Shown here: one piece after another, positions 56,712-64,000 of the stretch | Layout: each line of letters begins with the position of its first letter | Numbering within the stretch: the stretch's first letter is position 1 | NCBI GenBank assembly: GCA_963727625.1 | Contig: CAVSHR010000012.1 | Span: 384,001-448,000 of the forward strand | Source: an uncultured delta proteobacterium | GTDB lineage: Bacteria > Desulfobacterota > Binatia > UBA9968 | Direction: 5' to 3' | DNA: 64,000 nucleotides | Position numbers and translations under genes: made by a program | Notes under the pieces: generated by a model | What the model saw: the letters and a program-made list of their open reading frames with translations, nothing else | Database searches by the model: none | Told to the model about the DNA's origin: nothing

Positions 56712-58025
56712 GCGCTGTAGGCGATCAATTTCTTAATATCCTGACGCAGCTCCCCTTCCCACTTTTCCACCACAACGTCCGCCGGGCACTTGCCCTGAAA
56801 CAACAAGTTTTTGAGCGGATTGAGATAAATTGTTTCGTCTTCGCCGTTGGCGTTGAGCGATCTTTGCCGGCGCAGCCCTTCCCAGCCGATCTGAAACAGC
56901 TCTTTGGCCAGATCCAAAAGCGTGTGGCGCCGCCAGGGCGCCGCCAGCGCATTCTCGTGGGAATCGAGGTAGGTCGCCATGCGTTCGTCCCAGCTCCAAC
57001 CCTTGACCAAATCCCAAGCCGCCGCGAGGCAGTCCGAGTCGTAGAAGACCCCCTTGATCAAGGCGGAGAGCGCCGGCATCAACTCCGGCGGTTGGCTGTC
57101 CACCGAGCGCACCTCGATGTAGCGCTTGATCCTGGTCTCGGGAAACAACGTGGTCAGATGGTCCGCCCAGTCCTCGACCGTCGCGCGCTCGCCCTTGTAG
57201 CCAAATTGTAGAAACTGGCGAAACGTGACTTCGGTCATATCGATGTAATCATGGTGGCGAATGATGAAATACATCGGCACGTCGAGGGCATACTCGACGT
57301 AGTGCGCAAATGAGACATCGCGCTCGAAGGCGAACTTGAGCAAGCCGGAACGGTTGCGATCGGTGTCGGTCCAGATGTGCTCGCGAAAGCTTCGGTAGCC
57401 GTTTAATTGGCCGTCGCAGATCGGCGAGTTGGCGAACATGGCGACCAAGATGGGAGCGATCCCCATGCCGGTGCGGAACTTCGCCATGGCGTCGTTTTCA
57501 TCGAGGAAGTCGATATTGGCCTGCACGGTGGCGGTCTGCTTCATCATGCGCTGGCCGAGGGTGCCGACTTTGAGCATGTAGGGCCCCATGATCCGGTAGC
57601 GCTTTTTCGGCACCCACTCGATCTCGTCGATGCGACTGATCGGCTGCATGCCGAGGCCGAGAAAAACGATATCGAGGGGTTCCGCGACTTCGAGCAACTC
57701 GCGGATATGTTGGGTGAATTCGCCGTAGGTGCAGTGGATGCTGTCGCACGGTTCACCGCTCAACTCGATCTGACCGCCGGGCTCGAGGGTGATCTGTGCC
57801 TTGTCACGGCTCAGCGCGATGATGTTGCCGTCTTGTTCCTCGGGCTCCCAGCCGTAGCGATCGATCAGCTCGCGCAAAATCCGGTCCACGCCGCGCGGGC
57901 CTGAATAGGGAATCGCTTTACCGGTGTTGCGGTCGATGCCGACCTTTTCATACTCGGTGCCGACGCGCCACTCGGCGCGCGGTTTGCCGGCGTTGTGAAA
58001 ATAGGCTTCCAGCTCGTCGTGCTTT

Positions 58026-58039
<14 letters not shown>
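56696..58039 (-). CDS. gshA: Glutamate--cysteine ligase (GCS2 family)
   Basis: GTEYEK, TLEPGGQIELSG, MMKQTATVQANID, FANSP, IWTDTD, HLTTLFPE.R.K..IEVR. Confidence 0.9.
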
Positions 58040-59057
<1,018 letters not shown>

Positions 59058-59122
59058 AAATATTCCTAATTGAGCGGAGACCGAGTATATTAGCGGGTCA
59101 AAGGAAGCGTCAAGGGCCGCTC

Positions 59123-59371
59123 GTGGATTTCTATCAATTCCTCGGATACTTCACCGGGCTCCTTTTCATCAGACCTGAAATGGACCCGACTTCGTTGTGG
59201 CGCACCGCCGCTTTGGTGCATCTGCTCGATGCGATCCTGTGCTGCGTCATCGCCAATTACAGCGGACGTAACAAAACCATTTGGACGATGATCGGCGCCA
59301 TCGGCGGCATATGGGCGTTGGGAGTACTGTTTTTGATGCCGGCAAAAAAATCATCGCACGGTAGTGGATGA
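59123..59371 (+). CDS. Small hypothetical membrane protein
   Basis: Hydrophobic 82-aa ORF (SGRNKTIW...GGIWAL). Confidence 0.65.
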   Translation: MDFYQFLGYFTGLLFIRPEMDPTSLWRTAALVHLLDAILCCVIANYSGRNKTIWTMIGAIGGIWALGVLFLMPAKKSSHGSG

Positions 59372-59420
59372 CCGGTGGTTTGTCGGCGAACGGTTTTTCT
59401 TCTTGCTGCAAGTCTTTCTT

Positions 59421-59810
59421 CTACTCATCCTGGGCGATGACGAACGCCAGTCCGTGTTCTTTGGTATGGGTGATCGACAGCGCCCAGCGGCGGATGCCCA
59501 ACTCAGCGGCGAGGCGCGCGGTCTTGTCACGCAAAGCGATATCGGGCTTGCCGCTGCGCGCCCGCACTACTTCGATATCGAGCCAGCGCACCTTGGCGCC
59601 CCAACCGCGGCCGAGCGCTTTCATCACCGCCTCCTTGGCGGCGAAGCGGGCGGCGTAGCTTTCGTATTTACCGCGCTGTTTTTTCTCGCAATAGGCGATC
59701 TCGTTTTCGGTGAAGACGCGGGCGCGGAATCGCTCGCCGATGCGCGGGTCTTCGAGCGCCGCTTGGATGCGCTCCACTTCCGCCAAGTCGACGCCTGTGC
59801 CGATGATCAT
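59421..59810 (-). CDS. acpS: Holo-[acyl-carrier-protein] synthase
   Basis: IIGTGVDL, AARFAAKEAVMKALG.G, SGKP, LSITH. Confidence 0.95.
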   Translation of the reverse strand: MIIGTGVDLAEVERIQAALEDPRIGERFRARVFTENEIAYCEKKQRGKYESYAARFAAKEAVMKALGRGWGAKVRWLDIEVVRARSGKPDIALRDKTARLAAELGIRRWALSITHTKEHGLAFVIAQDE

Positions 59811-60157
59811 GACCGCGCCTCCCGACCCACCGCGCCCGGCTTCGGCAACTTGCCCCACCGCCACATCGCGTCGACCGCCGACTTCGGAGTTCTACCCAAA
59901 GGCGGGGACGCGTATTCTATGCTGGGCGTTCCCTGCGCGCAGACTTTTCCCTCGACCCACCCGTGCCGCTCCAATTGTCTAAGTTGTTGGGTCAACACCT
60001 TTCGCGAAATCCCGGTCAATGCCGGGACAACTCGGAATAGCGTCTCGCGCCGTTCGTCAAATAAAAAATCAGCGGCATCTTCCAACGGCCACCGATCAGC
60101 GCCAGCGTGAACTCGGCGGGGCGATTCGATTCCCGGGCTTTCATTGCCGCTCTTCAA
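59807..60157 (-). pseudogene. Degenerate HxlR-family winged-helix regulator
   Basis: GISRKVLTQQLRQLE.HG...IEY...LG...AM..WG; N-terminus degraded. Confidence 0.6.
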
Positions 60158-60296
60158 GTTACTCTCAGAAGATTATAGCACCGTCGGGTGCCTACTGAAC
60201 AGCCGGGCGCCGCGTGGACGACTTACACAGTCGGCGCTCGCGTTGCTCCAGGGGATTTGCTAGCATGGGCATCATTTCGCGAAAGGAAATTCTGCC

Positions 60297-61484
60297 GTGC
60301 CAAATCGTTTTCCTCGGCTCTTGGTTCTGTCCTTGGCCTTTGCATCGATCGGCCTGTCAACACCGGCCTGGGCGCAAAAAGGCACGATCAAAATCGCCGT
60401 GCAGGTGCCGCTTTCGGGCGAACAAGCCGCGCTCGGCGAGCATATCAAATTGGGCGCGCAGCTGGCGGTCGAAGAATCGACTCAGGCTTTCAAGGCGCTC
60501 GGCTACGATTTGATCCTGGTTCCCTACGACGACCAGGCCAAGCCCGAGGTCGGCGTCGCCAACGCGCGCAATTTGGTCGCCGATCCCGATGTGCTGGTCA
60601 TGATCGGCCATTTCAATTCCGGCGTCGCCCTGCCCGCTTCGGAAGTCTATAAAGACGCCAATCTGGTGATGATCTCGCCGGCCAACACCGCCACGGAGAT
60701 CACCGATCGCGGCTATCTCAACATCAATCGGGTTTGCGGCCGCGACGACGTGCAAGGACCGGTCGGCGCCCGCTTCGCGGCGCAGGACCTGAAGCTAAAA
60801 TCGGTTTATATCATCCATGATAAAACCCTTTACGGCCAGGGCGTGGCGGAAAATTTTCGCAACGAAGCCAAGCGGCTCGGCATGAACCTGCTCGGCTTCG
60901 ACGGCACCGAAGAACGAGCCAACTTTTCGCCGATGATCATTCCGCTCAAAGCGAAAAATCCCGACCTTGTGTACTTCGGCGGCATTTACCATCAAGGCGG
61001 CCTCTTGTTAAGGCAACTGCGCGAGAAACGCGTCAACGCGAAATTCATGGGACCGGACGGATTGGACTCGGCCGAGATGGTCAAGATCGCCGGCCGCTCG
61101 GTGATCGGCGCTTACTACACGAGCGTCGCGGGCCCGCCGGCGGCCTATCCCGAGACCGCCGCATTTGCGAAAAAATTCAAACAGCGCTTCGGCAAGGAAG
61201 TCGAGTCCTTCGGTATGTACGGTTTCGACGCGACTCTGGTCGGCATCAAGTCGACGGCGCAATGGATCAAAGCCCACGGCGGCAAGAAGCCCAGCCGCGC
61301 CGAAGTCTCCACAGCCGTGCGCAAGCTGAAAAATTTTAAAGGCGTCACCGGCGCCATCGAGTTCGACAATAAAGGCGACCCGGTCAAGGCTAAATATTTC
61401 GTCTTGCGATTCGACAAACAAGTTTATCCGGGCAAAGTCGTCAAAGTCATCGAGCAGCAGGCCCCGGCTGCGAAGAAATCCTGA
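60297..61484 (+). CDS. Branched-chain amino-acid ABC substrate-binding protein (LivK/LivJ-like)
   Basis: Signal peptide, IKIAVQVPLSG, DDQAKP, GHFNSGV, HDKTLYGQG, FKGVTG.I.FD.KGD. Confidence 0.93.
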   Translation: MPNRFPRLLVLSLAFASIGLSTPAWAQKGTIKIAVQVPLSGEQAALGEHIKLGAQLAVEESTQAFKALGYDLILVPYDDQAKPEVGVANARNLVADPDVLVMIGHFNSGVALPASEVYKDANLVMISPANTATEITDRGYLNINRVCGRDDVQGPVGARFAAQDLKLKSVYIIHDKTLYGQGVAENFRNEAKRLGMNLLGFDGTEERANFSPMIIPLKAKNPDLVYFGGIYHQGGLLLRQLREKRVNAKFMGPDGLDSAEMVKIAGRSVIGAYYTSVAGPPAAYPETAAFAKKFKQRFGKEVESFGMYGFDATLVGIKSTAQWIKAHGGKKPSRAEVSTAVRKLKNFKGVTGAIEFDNKGDPVKAKYFVLRFDKQVYPGKVVKVIEQQAPAAKKS

Positions 61485-61565
61485 CAAACTATTCAAATAA
61501 CCTTGCCAACTTCCATGCGGCGGGCGCCAAGTGAGCGGCCCGCCGCGCTCCAAAGTTATCACCCC

Positions 61566-62660
61566 ATGAAAAAGAAACTCCGAGTAGCCATACTCTTCGG
61601 CGGAAAATCCGCTGAGCATGAGATCTCGCTGATTTCAGCGCGAAATATTTTTCAGACGCTGGACAAGAAAAAATATCAGATCATCGCCGTCGGCATCGAT
61701 AAACGTGGCCGCTGGTACGTCGACGAGAGCGCGCGCCTGCTGCGCGACAGGCACTTATCCAAAGTTGAATTCGCCGGCATGAACAAGACCGCGGCGATCG
61801 TACCCGGCGAGACGCCTACGCCGATCATCGAGCCGCTGTCCGGAAAGCATTTCGGCGCCGTGGATGTCGTCATTCCGGTTTTGCATGGCCCGCTCGGCGA
61901 AGATGGCACGATTCAAGGCTTGCTCAAGCTCGCCAACCTGCCTTTCGTCGGCGCCGGCGTGTTGGGCTCCGCAGTGGGCATGGATAAAGACGTCATGAAG
62001 CGGCTGCTGCGCGACGCCAGTATCGCCGTCCCCAAATTCCTGGTGTTCGAGCGGCGCGAGCGCAACGCCATCGGATTTGCCAGAGTCAAAAAAGCTCTCG
62101 GACTGCCGCTGTTCGTCAAGCCGGCCAACCTGGGCTCTTCGGTGGGCATTAGCAAGGTGGTGAAGCGGAGCGAATTTGCCGCCGCGCTGAGAGAAGCTTT
62201 TTGTTACGACAACAAAATCATCATCGAGGAAGCGATTCGTGGCCGCGAGATCGAATGTTCGGTGCTTGGCAACCAAGTACCGATCGCCTCGCTGCCCGGC
62301 GAGATCGTCGTGGCGCGGGAGTTTTATTCCTACGACGCAAAATATCTCGACGATCAGGGCGCGCGGCTGGAAATACCCGCACCGCTGCCGAAAAAAACCG
62401 TTAAAATAATCCAGCAGACCGCGGTGCGCGCCTACCGGACGCTGTGCTGCGAAGGAATGGCGCGGGTGGATTTCTTCTTGCGCCCGAACGGGCAGGTGCT
62501 TGTCAACGAGATCAACACGATTCCAGGCTTCACTAAAATCAGCATGTACCCCAAGATGTGGCAAGCCAGCGGTTTGAGCTACTCACGGCTGATCGACCGG
62601 CTGATCGCTCTGGCACTGGAACGATCACGAAACGAGCGACGTTTAAGAACTTCAAAATAG
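61566..62660 (+). CDS. ddl: D-alanine--D-alanine ligase
   Basis: FGGKSAEHEISL.SA, LHGP.GEDGTIQG, FVKPANLGSSVGI, FYSYDAKY, NEINTIPGFT..SMYP. Confidence 0.97.
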   Translation: MKKKLRVAILFGGKSAEHEISLISARNIFQTLDKKKYQIIAVGIDKRGRWYVDESARLLRDRHLSKVEFAGMNKTAAIVPGETPTPIIEPLSGKHFGAVDVVIPVLHGPLGEDGTIQGLLKLANLPFVGAGVLGSAVGMDKDVMKRLLRDASIAVPKFLVFERRERNAIGFARVKKALGLPLFVKPANLGSSVGISKVVKRSEFAAALREAFCYDNKIIIEEAIRGREIECSVLGNQVPIASLPGEIVVAREFYSYDAKYLDDQGARLEIPAPLPKKTVKIIQQTAVRAYRTLCCEGMARVDFFLRPNGQVLVNEINTIPGFTKISMYPKMWQASGLSYSRLIDRLIALALERSRNERRLRTSK

Positions 62661-62720
62661 CGCGGATAACCTAACTCGGGGGCATTGGACGGCTGGCTCG
62701 CCAATGGACTCGGAAAAAGT

Positions 62721-63064
62721 ATGACGCTTAAACCGGTGCCTTACGAGGACCCACTGTATCAACTCTTGCGCCACGGAAACGTCCAAGAGTTCAACCGGTG
62801 CAAGACGCGGGGGGAGAAATGCCAATGAACCTCCGGCGATTTCCGCCGCCTTAATTTGCGCGGATTCGACGCCGCCGGAACTGGTTTCAGTATCTGTTAT
62901 TTCCGCGCCAGTGATTTACCGGGCGCAGACTTTTCTAAAGCTCGGCTTGCCGGCGCCGGCATCCAGAGCGCAAAAATTTCCGGCGTCTTGTTTCCCACCG
63001 AACCGAGTGCGGACGAAGTCCTCCTCTCCGCCAACCACGTCACTCCCATGCGCCACAAAAATGA
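62721..63064 (+). pseudogene. Pentapeptide-repeat protein pseudogene
   Basis: DPLYQLLR.GNVQEFN, in-frame TGA at 62826, then DFRRLNLRG...YFRASDL.GADFS.ARL.GA.I..AKISG..FP. Confidence 0.7.
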
Positions 63065-63160
63065 GCGCCCGATGGCTTGGAAGTCCCGGCTTCCCCTGCC
63101 GCAACATTGATTTCCGTGGCTCGCGTCGACCCGGCCATGGACGACTTGATTCTGATTCGC

Positions 63161-64000
63161 TCAGTCCATCTGCCGGCGCAGGAATGTCGGGATATCGTAC
63201 TTGTCGTCGTCTTCCTGACTGGCGCTGAACTCGATACTATTTTTATTCAAAGTTACCGTCTCGACTTCGTCACTGCCGCTCTTCTTGCGCTGCCAGGTCG
63301 GTGTGTCGAGGTCATCGACGATCGTGCCCAAGTGCACCACCTTGCGATTTTTCTGTGCCGCGGCGGCAAGGTTTGCGACGCTGACGGTCGGCGCCGGAGC
63401 CGGCTTCTTTTCCTCGCGTGCGGCGCCGAAGCCGGTGGCGATGACCGTGATACGGATCTCGTCGGTCAAGTTCTCGTCGATCACCGCGCCGAATATGATG
63501 TTGGCGTCGTCATGGGCTTCTTCCTGAATCATCGAGGCCGCTTCGTTCACTTCATGCAAGCACAGGTCGGGGCCACCGGTGATATTGATCAATACCCCGC
63601 GTGCGCCCTGGATCGAAATATCTTCGAGCAGCGGGCTGGAAATCGCTTTTTGCGCCGCTTCGATGGCACGGTTCTCTCCGCAGGCCGACGAAGCGCCCAT
63701 CAGGGCCAAGCCCATCTCCGCCATGACCGTGCGGACGTCGGCAAAATCGAGATTGATCAAGCCCGGTGTGATGATGAGATCGGAGATGCCGCGCACCGCT
63801 TGCAGCAGCACGTCGTCGGCTTTGTGAAATGCTTCGAGCATGGTGGTGGTCTTGGCCGCGATGCTCAACAAGCGCTGATTGGGAATCACGATCAGCGTGT
63901 CGACGCTCGCTTTCAATTCTTCGATGCCGTCTTCGGCCTGGCGCATGCGCTTCTTGCCCTCGAAGATAAAAGGCTTGGTCACCACACCGACGGTCAACGC
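63161..64000 (-). CDS. ftsZ: Cell division protein FtsZ (3' part; start beyond the window)
   Basis: [42 protein letters not shown]-terminal [11 protein letters not shown]. Confidence 0.98.
   Translation of the reverse strand, partial: ALTVGVVTKPFIFEGKKRMRQAEDGIEELKASVDTLIVIPNQRLLSIAAKTTTMLEAFHKADDVLLQAVRGISDLIITPGLINLDFADVRTVMAEMGLALMGASSACGENRAIEAAQKAISSPLLEDISIQGARGVLINITGGPDLCLHEVNEAASMIQEEAHDDANIIFGAVIDENLTDEIRITVIATGFGAAREEKKPAPAPTVSVANLAAAAQKNRKVVHLGTIVDDLDTPTWQRKKSGSDEVETVTLNKNSIEFSASQEDDDKYDIPTFLRRQMD

Overview
High-GC bacterial chromosome segment; gene content suggests a deltaproteobacterial/Binatia-like host (inference). Four zones. (1) 1-22 kb: a GAF/PAS histidine kinase whose last PAS carries the FixL haem-binding signature, an NtrC-type sigma-54 activator, and a dense stress/dormancy cluster (3 CBS proteins, 3 USPs, hemerythrin, class II ribonucleotide reductase, HPF-cold-shock fusion, Hsp20, LonC-like protease, DksA-like protein, stand-alone AEP primase). 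Most transcription units here have a -24/-12 sigma-54 promoter, and several have a shared TT(C/G)TCA-N4-TGA(G/C)AA palindrome. This is the best candidate for an undescribed system: an O2-sensed, sigma-54-driven, DosR-like dormancy regulon. (2) 22-31 kb: gene fragments, pseudogenes and small orphans. (3) 31.4-50.8 kb: tmRNA followed by two tandem islands. The first is a 10.2-kb satellite-like element with an exact 37-bp att repeat, whose integrase reads through the att site and has an in-frame stop. The second is an older, decayed P4-integrase island carrying a Tse2-like ADP-ribosyltransferase/partner pair and a STAS-HATPase-STAS protein. (4) 52-64 kb: core genes (smpB, panBC with an attenuator, dNK, nagZ, gshA, mtnA, acpS, livK-like, ddl, ftsZ). 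No CRISPR array, rRNA or tRNA seen. All calls come from reading motifs by eye; no searches were run.
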